A DNA stretch of 64,000 bases from NCBI GenBank assembly GCA_949297765.1, contig CASFTV010000005.1, positions 2,144 through 66,143 of the forward strand. Direction: 5' to 3'. Shown here one piece after another: positions 9,233 to 18,801 of the stretch; the stretch's first letter is position 1; each line of letters begins with the position of its first letter. Under the pieces are notes generated by a model. It worked only from the letters and a program-made list of their open reading frames with translations, did not search any database and was not told the DNA's origin. The position numbers and the translations under genes are program-made. The DNA comes from an uncultured bacterium. Its GTDB lineage: Bacteria; Verrucomicrobiota; Lentisphaeria; Victivallales; UBA1829.

Positions 9233-10533
9233 CCAGCACCTCCCTCCCGGTAGAGCTCCCGGATTTTGTTCCGTCCGCCCTCCACGGGGAGAATCGGGAG
9301 ATCCAGTCTGCGCGGATTGGGCATCTTTCCGGCCGGATCAATCCCCGCCAGCTCGTAGATGCTCCAGAGCAGATCCACCGGATGGACCGGCCGCCTGACC
9401 GGATGTTCTCCGCGGGCGTCCGATTCCCCGAGGACACGGCCGCCGGCGAAACCGCCGCCCGCCACCATCACCGAGAAGCAGTCGCCATAATGATTCCGTC
9501 CGCCGTTCCAGGGTTCGCCGAGATCAATACGGGGTTTGCGTCCGAATTCGCCGGTGCACCAGATCAGAGTGGAATCCAGCAGCTTCTTTTCCGCAAGATC
9601 CTCCAGCAGAGCGGCGACTCCCTGATCGAACTGGGGAGCAAGACGCTTCATGGATTCAAAATGCCGTTTATGGGTGTCCCATCCCTGCGCGTTGATCGTG
9701 ATGTACGGGACACCGGCTTCCACCAGCCGCCGGGCCGCAAGACAGCATTGGCCGAAGGTGTTGCGACCGTAGCGGTCCCGCATTTCGGCGGAGTCGCGAT
9801 TGAGGTCGAACGCCTGGGCATCGCTGCCCTGAATGACCGCGAGAGCATCGTCGGTGGCGCGGTCGAACGCCTGGAATTCGGGATGGCCGGGCAGCGAGGC
9901 GCCGAGCGAATCCAGATCCCGGGCGAATTTCAGCCGGTCCGCAAACTGTTTCTGCGACAGATTTCCGGGCGGCACAAAACCGTCCACCTGAAAACGCGCG
10001 GCATTCGGATTGCTTCCGGTCGCAAGCGGCTTGTAGACGTCGCTCAGAAACCCGTTTTCGGAAAAGCGGCCCTTGTTGGTGGTCAGAGCGATGTAGGGCG
10101 GCAGTTTTCCCTTATAGTCGTTCCGTTTCATCATTGCGATCACCGCGCCGATTGCGGGATAGGTGATGCCTCCGCCCGGCATGCGGCCGGTCTGCATGAG
10201 ATATGTGGCGGTCTCGTGGGCGTTGATCCCGTGGGTCAGGCTCCGGATGATCGAAAATTTATCCGCCTGCCGCGCGAGTTTCGGAAGAAATTCGCTGATC
10301 CGGATGCCGGGAACATTGGTCGGAATGTCGCCATAGCCGCCGTTGTATTCGGCGCCGGCGCCCGGTTTCGGATCGAACGTCTCCAGATGACAGGGCCCGC
10401 CCCAGATCCAGAGTTCGATCACGGAACGCGCGTTCGGTGTTTTCCGGGCAGGAGAAAGGGAGAACAGATCGGGATTCAGCAGTCCCAGCGCGGCACACCC
10501 TCCCATCAGTTTCAGAAAGTCTCTTCGGTTCAT
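9229..10533 (-). CDS. DUF1501 domain protein (sulfatase/alkaline-phosphatase-like, Tat signal)
   Basis: Twin-arginine leader MNRRDFLKLMGGCAALG. The family motifs GWDTH and TGEFGR are present. Confidence 0.9.
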   Translation of the reverse strand: MNRRDFLKLMGGCAALGLLNPDLFSLSPARKTPNARSVIELWIWGGPCHLETFDPKPGAGAEYNGGYGDIPTNVPGIRISEFLPKLARQADKFSIIRSLTHGINAHETATYLMQTGRMPGGGITYPAIGAVIAMMKRNDYKGKLPPYIALTTNKGRFSENGFLSDVYKPLATGSNPNAARFQVDGFVPPGNLSQKQFADRLKFARDLDSLGASLPGHPEFQAFDRATDDALAVIQGSDAQAFDLNRDSAEMRDRYGRNTFGQCCLAARRLVEAGVPYITINAQGWDTHKRHFESMKRLAPQFDQGVAALLEDLAEKKLLDSTLIWCTGEFGRKPRIDLGEPWNGGRNHYGDCFSVMVAGGGFAGGRVLGESDARGEHPVRRPVHPVDLLWSIYELAGIDPAGKMPNPRRLDLPILPVEGGRNKIRELYREGGAG

Positions 10534-10547
10534 GCGTCACTCCGTGT

Positions 10548-12020
10548 TCAGTGGTAGTAGAGGAATTCCCTGGAATTGACAAGCGCCCATGCAAGATCCC
10601 TCCAGACATTCCAGCGCTGCTTTGGAGGAAGCGAATTGCGGTAGGCGAGAATTGTTCCGTGTTCCTTTTCCGTCGGATAGCGGGAGAGAATCCGGAGATA
10701 GAGAAGATCCATTCTCTGCCGGTCGTTCAGCTTCCGTTTCCGGAACAGCATCCCGGGCAGGCGCGAAAGTCTCTGAAGGAGCGTTCCGGAGTTCATCAGA
10801 TAGAGGCGCTGGGATTCCGTAATGCTGTTTCTGCGTTCGGAGAATTTTCCGGAATCGCGCGGCGGACGCCCGAAACTGTCGAGCACGCCCGAAGAGATGC
10901 TCCCGTCGGCAATGGTGACCGCCCGCGTCCGGGCGGGAAGAAACGTGAACGGCTCCGGAATCACGCTCATGTAACGGTCATATCCGCCGGTGGCAACTGC
11001 AAGGGCGTCGATCAGCAGTTCCGCCTCCAGCCGGTGAACCGGATAGGCGGTGAACGCGGCCTCCTGTTCCGGCGATCCCGCAGGAAGCTGGAACGGATCG
11101 GAATTCAGAATGACGCGGTACAGCGCCCGGAACCGGTAACCGGATTCCCGGAACTGACGGGTCAGCTCCTCCAGACGCGCATGATGCGCTCCGGACGGGA
11201 GATCATCGGGATCCGGAAAAATGCCGCGGCCGAAAATCCAGCACCAGACCCGGTTGACCGCGGCTTCGGCGAATCCGGAATCCTCTTTCAGCAGCTCATC
11301 GGCGAGGATGCGGCGCGGATCCGTTTCCGGGGAGCGGATCGTCTGCACCTCTCCGCCGGGCAGCGCCGCGCGGAACACCGCCGGGGCTGGATCGGTATAG
11401 ACAATCTCCTCCTTCCATTCGGTCGTGCTCTTGCAGCGGATGCGGGAGAAGAACGCGGCAAAAAGCTCCTGCTGTTCTCCGGGGAGCTTCTCCAGCCGGA
11501 GTCCCAGCACGGTCTGCGCGGTGACGGCCGCCAGCCCCTTCGGAGTACGGTCCGGAGATGCCCGGAAAAAGTTCGCCGCGGGAACGCGGAAATTGGAACC
11601 GGATGCGGTCAGCATCTCTTCGAGCATCTCCCGCCAGGAGCGGTCGGCAAGAAGATCGGAGCGGAGTTTCCGGTGCCATGCCTGCACGGCATTCGGCCAG
11701 AGATTGATCGGAAATTCCGATTTGATCCGCAGAAGGTCCGCCAGCCGCATCGCCAGCAGATCGGCGAACTCTTCCGATTCCAGCAGGCGGTCGATCAGTT
11801 CCGTCCGTTTCCGCGGATTCGGATCCGAAAGGAATGCACGGGCTTCGGCCATGCTCGGAATGCGTCCTGCGGCGGTCAGGTAAACACGGCGGAGGAACAC
11901 GGCATCCTCCACCGTTCTCCTTCCGCTGTTCTCCTTTGCCGGAGCTTCCGTTCCCTGTACGGGAATCCATCCGGACGCAAGAAGAACGGAAAAAATCAGC
12001 AAAACGACTGCACGGGTCAT
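10548..12020 (-). CDS. DUF1549/DUF1553 domain protein (PSCyt/PSD-type, planctomycete-like)
   Basis: Signal peptide present. FLRRVYLTAAGRIPSMAEARAFL is DUF1549-like. FGRPPRDSGKFSERRNSITESQRLYLMNS is DUF1553-like. GAGGAG lies 5 nt upstream of the ATG. Confidence 0.85.
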   Translation of the reverse strand: MTRAVVLLIFSVLLASGWIPVQGTEAPAKENSGRRTVEDAVFLRRVYLTAAGRIPSMAEARAFLSDPNPRKRTELIDRLLESEEFADLLAMRLADLLRIKSEFPINLWPNAVQAWHRKLRSDLLADRSWREMLEEMLTASGSNFRVPAANFFRASPDRTPKGLAAVTAQTVLGLRLEKLPGEQQELFAAFFSRIRCKSTTEWKEEIVYTDPAPAVFRAALPGGEVQTIRSPETDPRRILADELLKEDSGFAEAAVNRVWCWIFGRGIFPDPDDLPSGAHHARLEELTRQFRESGYRFRALYRVILNSDPFQLPAGSPEQEAAFTAYPVHRLEAELLIDALAVATGGYDRYMSVIPEPFTFLPARTRAVTIADGSISSGVLDSFGRPPRDSGKFSERRNSITESQRLYLMNSGTLLQRLSRLPGMLFRKRKLNDRQRMDLLYLRILSRYPTEKEHGTILAYRNSLPPKQRWNVWRDLAWALVNSREFLYYH

Positions 12021-12067
12021 GAAATCTCCTCAGGTTTCATCCGTTCCGGAATCGACGGTCTTCTGCA

Positions 12068-12095
12068 AATATAGGCACGGAAACGCATTTGTCAA
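12068..12095 (-). promoter_or_regulatory. Candidate sigma70-type promoter of the DUF1549/1553 operon
   Basis: On the minus strand: TTGACA (12095-12090), 16-nt spacer, TATATT (12073-12068), about 45 nt upstream of the ATG at 12020. The -35 lies in the loop of a 9-bp hairpin CGGAAACGC/GCGTTTCCG downstream of the GH2 gene. Confidence 0.4.
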
Positions 12096-12156
12096 GAGGC
12101 GTTTCCGCGAAACCGTCAATATGGCGAAAAAGTAATCTGCCCGAAGAGAGGCTTTT

Positions 12157-14499
12157 CTAGCGGACCGGAAGTTCCAGTTCCGCCGGAAGCAGACCGTCCG
12201 CGGATGCGGTGATCCGGATTTTTCCCGCGGAGCGCCCGGCTCGGACAATGCAGACACACTGTCCATGAAACGCCCGCATCGTTCCGCTGTAGAAATCCTC
12301 GGTGGAGATGGAATTTCCGTTTCCTGCGGCGGCGAATTCGCCCTCTCCGGTCACGTCGAAGCGGATCGGATGGTCGGCCGACGGCTGAAGAGTTCCATTC
12401 TCATCCAGCACGGAAAGGGTCAGGAATCCGAGATCTTCACCGTCCGCGGCGAGTTCTGCGCGGTCCGCCGCGAGGGAGAGTTTTACCGCACGGGATGCGG
12501 TGCGGACCGCCTCCTCCGCAACCGCTGTTCCGGAAGCGTCGCGGGCGACCGCGCGGAGTTCGCCGGGCTGATAGATCACATCCTCCCAGACCAGCCGGTA
12601 CTCCGAAGCGTTCCGGCGTCTCTCTCCGGCGGAGTTTCCGTTCACGAACAATTCCACCCGGTCATAACTGGTATAGACATGCACCGGAGTCTGCTTTCCT
12701 TCGCGTCCCGGCCAGGTCCAGTGCGGCAGCAGGTGCAGGACCGGTCTTCCCGACCAGCGGGCGGCGTAGAGCCATGCGCGGTCCTTCGGCAGTCCGGCGA
12801 GATCGAAAATCCCGAAATAGGATGCGTGCGCCGGCCAGTGTGCATTATAGGGGGTCGGTTCCCCGAGATAGTCGAATCCGGTCCAGACAAACTCTCCGAA
12901 AATCCACGGACACGCATCCTGCATTTTGAATTCCCGGTCCGGCGTGCTCGCCCAGGGCGGAAACTCCAGATCGTAGGAGGAACACTGGATGTTCGGGTGA
13001 TGATGCCATTCCGGCCCCGACTCCACCGGGAAGAAGTATTCCCCCCGGCTGCTGACCGTGGATGCGGTCTCGCTGCCGTACTGCGGAATCGCCGGATAGA
13101 GCCTGTGGAATTCCGGATAGCGATGGGGCTTGTAGTTCCAGCCGATGATGTCAAGCGTCTGCGGGAAATTGTTCGGGATGCCCGCGTCGGGACGGTCCAG
13201 CCCGGCGGTCACCGGACGGCCGGGATCCAGACGGTGACAGATCTCCACCAGAGATTTCGCTATTTTCCATCCATCCGGATTTCCCTGTTCGTTGATCTCG
13301 TTTCCTACGCTCCAGAGAACAATGCAGGGATGGTTCCGGTCGCGGCGGATCATGTCGCTCAGATCCCGCTCGTGCCATTCCTGAAAAAGACTGCTGTAAT
13401 CGTTGACGATTTTCCCTTCCGCCCACGCATCGAATGCCTCGTCCATCACGGCGAAGCCCATGGAATCGCAGAGATCAAGGAATTTCGGATCGGGCGGATT
13501 GTGCGATGTCCGGATTGCATTGCACCCGATCCCCTTCAGAAGACGGAACTGGCGGCGCAGGGCGGGAAGTGAAAACGCCGCGCCGAGCGGCCCGAGATCG
13601 TGATGCAGACAGACCCCTTTCAAATAATACGGCTGACCATTCAGAAACATCCCGTTTTCCGCATCAAACACCACGGAACGGAAGCCGTAAGCTGTCGTCT
13701 GTTCATCCTTCACGACCCCGTCCTTCCGAAGCCGGAAACGGAACGAATAGAGATCCGGAGTCTCCGGCGACCAGAGTTTAAGCCCGGTCAGCGGGAACTC
13801 CATCCGGGGACCGGAGAATTCCGTCCGGAACACCTCCGCGCCGGATGGATCGGCAACCGTCAGCTCAAGGAGGCAGTTCTCTCCGGCGAAATCCACCTCA
13901 ACGCCGACCGATGCCGACCGCCCGGCAGGATCCAGGGAGCGGTTGAAAATCCGGATTCCGGACCAGCGGAAATGCTCCTTCTCCGCAGCGACAAGCCGCA
14001 CTTCGCGATAGATCCCCGCGCCGGGATACCAGCGCGACGCCTGCTCCGGATTCGCAACCCGGACCGCGATCACATTCTCCTTCTCCCGTTCAAGGAAAGG
14101 CGTGATCTCCAGAGAAAACGACGAATATCCATAGGGACGTCCACCCGCCTCCTTTCCGTTGACATACACGGTGGAGCGGCTCATGACGCCGTCGAATTCC
14201 AGGAAAAAGAGTTTTTCCCTCTCCTCCGGGCGCGGAGTGAAGCGGAAGCGGTACCAGCCGATCCCGATATGCGGGAGACCTCCTGTCCGGCCGTAATGCG
14301 GGGTTTCGGTGGTTTCGCCGTCCTGCACGATGCGGGTGGAGTAAAAATCGTTCCGGCTGTCGAAGGGGCCGCGGATTGCCCAGTCGTGCGGGACGTTCAC
14401 GCACTCCCAGGCGGAATCATCAAATGACGGATCGGAGGGAGCATCGGAATCCGTCCGGCGGAAGCGCCATCCCTGTTTCAGTACTTGAATCTGTTTCAT
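12157..14499 (-). CDS. Glycoside hydrolase family 2 (beta-galactosidase/beta-glucuronidase-like)
   Basis: NAIRTSHNPPDPKFLDLCDSMGFAVMDEAFD, WSVGNEINEQG (acid/base NE) and FVWTGFDYLGEP (nucleophile region). The 780-aa length is typical of GH2. Confidence 0.9.
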   Translation of the reverse strand: MKQIQVLKQGWRFRRTDSDAPSDPSFDDSAWECVNVPHDWAIRGPFDSRNDFYSTRIVQDGETTETPHYGRTGGLPHIGIGWYRFRFTPRPEEREKLFFLEFDGVMSRSTVYVNGKEAGGRPYGYSSFSLEITPFLEREKENVIAVRVANPEQASRWYPGAGIYREVRLVAAEKEHFRWSGIRIFNRSLDPAGRSASVGVEVDFAGENCLLELTVADPSGAEVFRTEFSGPRMEFPLTGLKLWSPETPDLYSFRFRLRKDGVVKDEQTTAYGFRSVVFDAENGMFLNGQPYYLKGVCLHHDLGPLGAAFSLPALRRQFRLLKGIGCNAIRTSHNPPDPKFLDLCDSMGFAVMDEAFDAWAEGKIVNDYSSLFQEWHERDLSDMIRRDRNHPCIVLWSVGNEINEQGNPDGWKIAKSLVEICHRLDPGRPVTAGLDRPDAGIPNNFPQTLDIIGWNYKPHRYPEFHRLYPAIPQYGSETASTVSSRGEYFFPVESGPEWHHHPNIQCSSYDLEFPPWASTPDREFKMQDACPWIFGEFVWTGFDYLGEPTPYNAHWPAHASYFGIFDLAGLPKDRAWLYAARWSGRPVLHLLPHWTWPGREGKQTPVHVYTSYDRVELFVNGNSAGERRRNASEYRLVWEDVIYQPGELRAVARDASGTAVAEEAVRTASRAVKLSLAADRAELAADGEDLGFLTLSVLDENGTLQPSADHPIRFDVTGEGEFAAAGNGNSISTEDFYSGTMRAFHGQCVCIVRAGRSAGKIRITASADGLLPAELELPVR

Positions 14500-14536
14500 G
14501 CGGGTCTCTTTTCAGAATAATTCATTTCACACTTCA

Positions 14537-15346
14537 TCAGGCGCGGCTTGCGGTCCATCGGCGCTGCCGCGCGGCCTCGTACAGAAGAATGGTCGCCGCG
14601 GTGGCGACGTTGAGGGAGTCCATTCTTCCGAGCATCGGAATCACGACACCGAGATCGGCATTTTTCATCCAGTATTCGGTGAGTCCGTACTGTTCCGCTC
14701 CGACGACGATCGCGATTCCCCTGGTCATATCGACATCGGTATACACCTCGTGGGAATGCGGACTGGCCGCCAGAGTGAGGATGCCGTTTTTCCGGAACCA
14801 TTCGACCGCCTCGGCGCTGCTGGTTTCCGCGAGCGGAACGGAGAAGATCGCCCCCGTGCTCGCCCGGATGCAGTTCGGATTGAACACGTCGGTCTGCCGG
14901 TTGCAGACGATCATCCCGGTCGCGCCGACGGCGTCCGCGCTGCGGAGCATGGAACCGAGATTTCCCGGCTTCTCGATCGTCTCCGCCACCAGATAGAGTC
15001 CGTTCGGGACAAGCGGCATTTCCTCCAGTCCCCTGTGACGCATGGCGGCCAGCGCGATCAACCCCTCCGGACGGTCACGGTACGCCATTCTGGAGAGTGC
15101 GTCGGAGGTTGTCTCATAGATTTCCGCGCCCTGTCCCGCGGCGCGGGCGATCAGTTCGCCTTCGTGTTCGCCCAGATAAAGTCCGGGACAGTGATACACC
15201 TCCGTCAGATGAATTCCCGCATCCATTGCGCGGGAAAGTTCACGGTATCCTTCGAGGACGGTCACGCCCTCCCGGTCACGCTCCCTCCGTTCGCGAAGGG
15301 CGCAGACCCGTTTGATCTTCGGATTCTTAACACTTGTTATCAGCAT
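14537..15346 (-). CDS. TrmH/SpoU family RNA 2'-O-methyltransferase (RlmB-like)
   Basis: SpoU motifs EKPGNLGSMLRSADAVGATGMIV, GAEQYGL and SLNVATAATILLYEA. Confidence 0.9.
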   Translation of the reverse strand: MLITSVKNPKIKRVCALRERRERDREGVTVLEGYRELSRAMDAGIHLTEVYHCPGLYLGEHEGELIARAAGQGAEIYETTSDALSRMAYRDRPEGLIALAAMRHRGLEEMPLVPNGLYLVAETIEKPGNLGSMLRSADAVGATGMIVCNRQTDVFNPNCIRASTGAIFSVPLAETSSAEAVEWFRKNGILTLAASPHSHEVYTDVDMTRGIAIVVGAEQYGLTEYWMKNADLGVVIPMLGRMDSLNVATAATILLYEAARQRRWTASRA

Positions 15347-15513
15347 GATGGAACGCTTCTCCCTCTCCAGTCCTTCCGATTTCCGGGAAAAAGATACTCC
15401 ATCTTTCCGGAAAATCGAATGATTTCTTCAAAATATTCCGAAAAAAGCCGACTTTTTCCGATTTCATCCGCATTTTATGCAGAAGAAATTCCTGGAAATT
15501 ATCTTTCCCTATC

Positions 15514-15542
15514 TTGACAAATCCGGCGATCCTTGCTATATT
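15514..15542 (+). promoter_or_regulatory. Candidate sigma70 promoter with extended -10
   Basis: TTGACA (15514-15519), 17-nt spacer, TGcTATATT (-10 at 15537-15542), about 44 nt upstream of the ATG at 15586. Confidence 0.5.
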
Positions 15543-15585
15543 GCAGGAGGGGCAAAAACAAACAGCCCGGAAAGGTAAAACTCTT

Positions 15586-16437
15586 ATGAAAAATACGGTT
15601 TTGGTCTTGTGTGCCGTTGCTCTTGCAGCCGTCTGCGGAGTGAACGGTGAGGAACTGAAGAATCTGGCGGTCGGAGCCAAGGCGACCGCAAGCTCGTGGG
15701 AATCCGCGGGTCTCGTCCCCGGGAACGCGGCCGACGGGAAAGGAAACACCCGCTGGGCATCCAAACGCAGCGACAACGAATGGATCATGCTGGATTTCGG
15801 AGCACCGAAAACGGTCGGAATGATCCGCCTGGACTGGGAGGCCGCCGCCGGAAAAGAGTATGTGATCCAGTTCTCCAATGACGGAAAAACATTCACCGAC
15901 GTCCACACCGTGAAAGACGGACGGAAAGGCGCCCGCGAAATCATCCAGATCAAACCGCAGGAAACCCGTTATCTCCGTATTCTCGGCAAAAAACGGGCGT
16001 CCCAGTTCGGATATTCTCTCTGGGAAATCATGGTGTATCCTCCGACCGGCAATCTGGCGCTTGGCGCAAAAGCGACCGCAAGTTCCCAGCAGAACGGCGG
16101 CCTGAAGGCGGAAAACGCCGTCGACGGAAAATCCGGAACCCGCTGGAGTTCCGCTCAGTCGGATAATGAATGGATCCTGGTGGATCTCGGAAGCGAAAAA
16201 ACCGTCGGCAAAGTTGTGCTGAAGTGGGAACATGCCGCCGGAAAAGACTACACGGTCCAGTTCTCCTCCGACGGAAAGAACTTCACGGAAGTCTTCCGGA
16301 AAACCGATGGCAAATCGAAAGCCACCGAAACCATCAAAATTGCTCCGAAAAAGACCCGTTACATCCGCGTCGTCGGAACCAAACGCGCCACAAATTACGG
16401 CTATTCCCTCTGGGAAATCGAAGCATACGAAAAGTAA
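15586..16437 (+). CDS. Secreted protein with two tandem F5/8 type C (discoidin/CBM32-like) domains
   Basis: Signal peptide MKNTVLVLCAVALAAVCG. There are two about 140-aa repeats, each with NA(A/V)DGK.GTRW.S..SDNEWI.(L/V)DLG...V and GYSLWEI. The start is set at the internal ATG because the longer ORF begins inside the predicted promoter. Confidence 0.8.
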   Translation: MKNTVLVLCAVALAAVCGVNGEELKNLAVGAKATASSWESAGLVPGNAADGKGNTRWASKRSDNEWIMLDFGAPKTVGMIRLDWEAAAGKEYVIQFSNDGKTFTDVHTVKDGRKGAREIIQIKPQETRYLRILGKKRASQFGYSLWEIMVYPPTGNLALGAKATASSQQNGGLKAENAVDGKSGTRWSSAQSDNEWILVDLGSEKTVGKVVLKWEHAAGKDYTVQFSSDGKNFTEVFRKTDGKSKATETIKIAPKKTRYIRVVGTKRATNYGYSLWEIEAYEK

Positions 16438-16462
16438 TTTTCCCTCTGCGTTCCACGCGATC

Positions 16463-16494
16463 AAAGCCGCCGGAAATCCGGCGGCTTTTTTGTT
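16463..16494. terminator. Bidirectional rho-independent terminator between convergent genes
   Basis: Stem AAAGCCGCCGG, loop aaat, stem CCGGCGGCTTT, followed by TTTTG. An A-run precedes the stem, so the same structure works on the other strand. Confidence 0.7.
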
Positions 16495-16518
16495 TCGGCG
16501 AAAAACAGGGAATTCTTC

Positions 16519-17841
16519 TTATTCCTCTTTTTTCCCGAAACGGCTGTCAATGGAGGAGCGGACCAGACGGACCGTCAGAAAACTCGGGATTGTGCAGAGA
16601 CAGATCCACAGGAAAAAGCCGCGGTATCCCGCCTCCGTCCCGTATGCGGCGCCGATACGGGCGAAAAGCTCCTGGATCGTTCCGGAAACCATCCCGACCA
16701 GCGTCATTCCGAGAATGGTGATTCCCGTCATGAATGCGAAATGGCTGGTCTTGTATTCTCCGCTCCGGTTCGCGAACTGGACCATGAACAGGATATGCGC
16801 CATATAGCCGAGTCCGTACCCGAACTGCTCCAGCGCAATGCAGACTCCGGCAAGCGCGACTCCGGGATGCGACCACGACAGCCACACATACAGCAGATCC
16901 GGCGCATTCAGCGCCAGCGCCATCATCCAGAGACAGCGTCCGAATCCGAACCGCGACACCGCCATTCCCGCGCAGAATCCTCCCGCCAGGAAACAGCAGG
17001 TTCCCACGGTCCCGTAGATCATCCCCTGCTGTTCGACGCTCAGTCCGAGGCCGCCCGCCTCCCGCGGAGCCAGCAGGAACGGAACCGTCATCTTCCCGAG
17101 CTGCGCCTCCGCAAAACGGTAGAAAAACAGAAACAGCACGGCGGACCATGCACCGTCGCGCAGGAAAAACACACGGAACGATTCCGCAAAACGAACCGGG
17201 TTCCGCGTCCTCTCCGCCGGACGTTCCACCCGTTCCGCAGCCGGCGTGAAGAACAGATGCCAGCCGAAGAGGATCAGCATGGCGGCGGAGGCGGAGACCA
17301 TTGCCCACATCCAGGCGGAGCGTTCCGCCGCACCGGTTCTCTGCAGGAATCCGGCAAGCATGACCAGTCCGCCCTGACCCGCGAGCATCGCGCATTTGTA
17401 GAAGATGTTGCGCAGTCCCGAGCAGACCGCCTGCGCATGCGGAGTCAGTGCGATCATGTAATATCCGTCCGCGGCGATGTCGTGGGTTGCGGAACAGAAG
17501 GCGGTCAGCAGAAAGCAGGCGATCAGCCATCCGTCGGCCCCTCCGGAGCGGAACACCAGAGCGATCGAGGCGAAACTGAGCGCGATGGCCAGCTGCGCTC
17601 CCAGCATCCATCCGCGCTTGGTCCCGCGGGCGTCCAGCAGCGGCGCCCAGAGGAATTTCAGACTCCACGGCAGCCCGATGATCCCCGTCCAGAACGCCAT
17701 CGCGCTGTTGGACATGCCGAGACGGGTGAACATGACCATCGAAACGCATGTCGCAACGGCGAACGGCAGCCCTTCCGCGAAGTAGACGCCGGGGACCCAG
17801 CCCCAGCCGCTGACGCTCAACTCTCTCCGCAGATCCATCAC
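16519..17841 (-). CDS. ampG: MFS transporter, AmpG family (muropeptide permease-like)
   Basis: Multi-pass hydrophobic protein. The N-terminal motif GLPFAV...GLPWSLKFLWAPLLD is characteristic of AmpG-type MFS transporters. Confidence 0.75.
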   Translation of the reverse strand: MMDLRRELSVSGWGWVPGVYFAEGLPFAVATCVSMVMFTRLGMSNSAMAFWTGIIGLPWSLKFLWAPLLDARGTKRGWMLGAQLAIALSFASIALVFRSGGADGWLIACFLLTAFCSATHDIAADGYYMIALTPHAQAVCSGLRNIFYKCAMLAGQGGLVMLAGFLQRTGAAERSAWMWAMVSASAAMLILFGWHLFFTPAAERVERPAERTRNPVRFAESFRVFFLRDGAWSAVLFLFFYRFAEAQLGKMTVPFLLAPREAGGLGLSVEQQGMIYGTVGTCCFLAGGFCAGMAVSRFGFGRCLWMMALALNAPDLLYVWLSWSHPGVALAGVCIALEQFGYGLGYMAHILFMVQFANRSGEYKTSHFAFMTGITILGMTLVGMVSGTIQELFARIGAAYGTEAGYRGFFLWICLCTIPSFLTVRLVRSSIDSRFGKKEE

Positions 17842-17848
17842 GGGCGGA

Positions 17849-18646
17849 TCAGAGATTCAGGCTTTCCAGAGCAGCCCCGATGTTGCCGAGCGGAACACGG
17901 GGTTCGCGCTTCTTCGGATCTTCGACGCCGAGCGCCGTCCGCTGGAATGAGAACAGACGTTCCAGTCCGTGCTGGGCGACGTCCAGCATCTTATTGAGGT
18001 CGTCGCGGGAGAACGGGACCTCCTCGGCGGTTCCCTGCACTTCGACGATCTTTCCGGATTCGGTCATAATCACATTCATATCGACGTCGGCGGAGGAATC
18101 CTCCTCGTAGCAGAGATCCAGCAGCACTTCGCCGTCCTTCATGCCGACGCTGACCGCCGCCACGTTTTCCCGCATCGGGAATTTATGGAGCACCTTCTTC
18201 TCCACGAGATTGCGGAACGCGAGCTGAAGAGCAACGGAAGCTCCGGTAATGCTGGCGCAGCGGGTTCCGCCGTCGGCGTCGATCACGTCGCAGTCGATGT
18301 AGACCGTGTTGGGTCCGAGCGCCTTGAGGTCGATCACGGAGCGGAAGCTGCGGCCGATGAGACGCTGAATTTCCATGGTCCGGCCGCCCTGTTTTCCGCG
18401 GCTGGCCTCCCGCTGGTTGCGGGAATGGGTCGAAGCGGGCAGCATGCCGTATTCGGAAGTCACCCATCCGCCGGGGACCCCCTGGGCCCGCATCCATCCG
18501 GGAACTCCCTGCTCAAACGTCACCGAACAGACCACCTTCGTTCCCCCCATTTCCACCAGAACCGATCCGGCAGGATGCGACAGATAGTCCGGTGTGATTC
18601 TGACTTTGCGAAGATAATTGTATGGACGCCCGTCGATTCTGTTCAT
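17849..18646 (-). CDS. rph: Ribonuclease PH
   Basis: [34 protein letters not shown] and [20 protein letters not shown]; typical length. Confidence 0.95.
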   Translation of the reverse strand: MNRIDGRPYNYLRKVRITPDYLSHPAGSVLVEMGGTKVVCSVTFEQGVPGWMRAQGVPGGWVTSEYGMLPASTHSRNQREASRGKQGGRTMEIQRLIGRSFRSVIDLKALGPNTVYIDCDVIDADGGTRCASITGASVALQLAFRNLVEKKVLHKFPMRENVAAVSVGMKDGEVLLDLCYEEDSSADVDMNVIMTESGKIVEVQGTAEEVPFSRDDLNKMLDVAQHGLERLFSFQRTALGVEDPKKREPRVPLGNIGAALESLNL

Positions 18647-18801
18647 GCTCTTCCTCCCTCTTCAGCACCAAAAAAAGAGCCGCCGCACCAGATCCCCCGC
18701 AGCACCTGAAACCTTCGTTTATGGCTGCCCGGTTCCCCGTCTGACCCGTTCACGGGATTTCAGCGCACGGGGTCCGATGCGACGACAAAAAAATCCGTCT
18801 T

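Noticed and set aside
15514-15585. Longer start (15514) for the discoidin-domain protein.
   Set aside because: The extra 24 codons coincide with a near-consensus TTGACA-N17-TATATT promoter. The signal peptide begins at the internal Met at 15586.
18647-18801. Possible tRNA or small RNA in the 155-nt gap between accD and rph.
   Set aside because: There is no cloverleaf-compatible arms and no T-loop GTTCGAATC-like sequence, only a weak hairpin (CCCGT...ACGGG).
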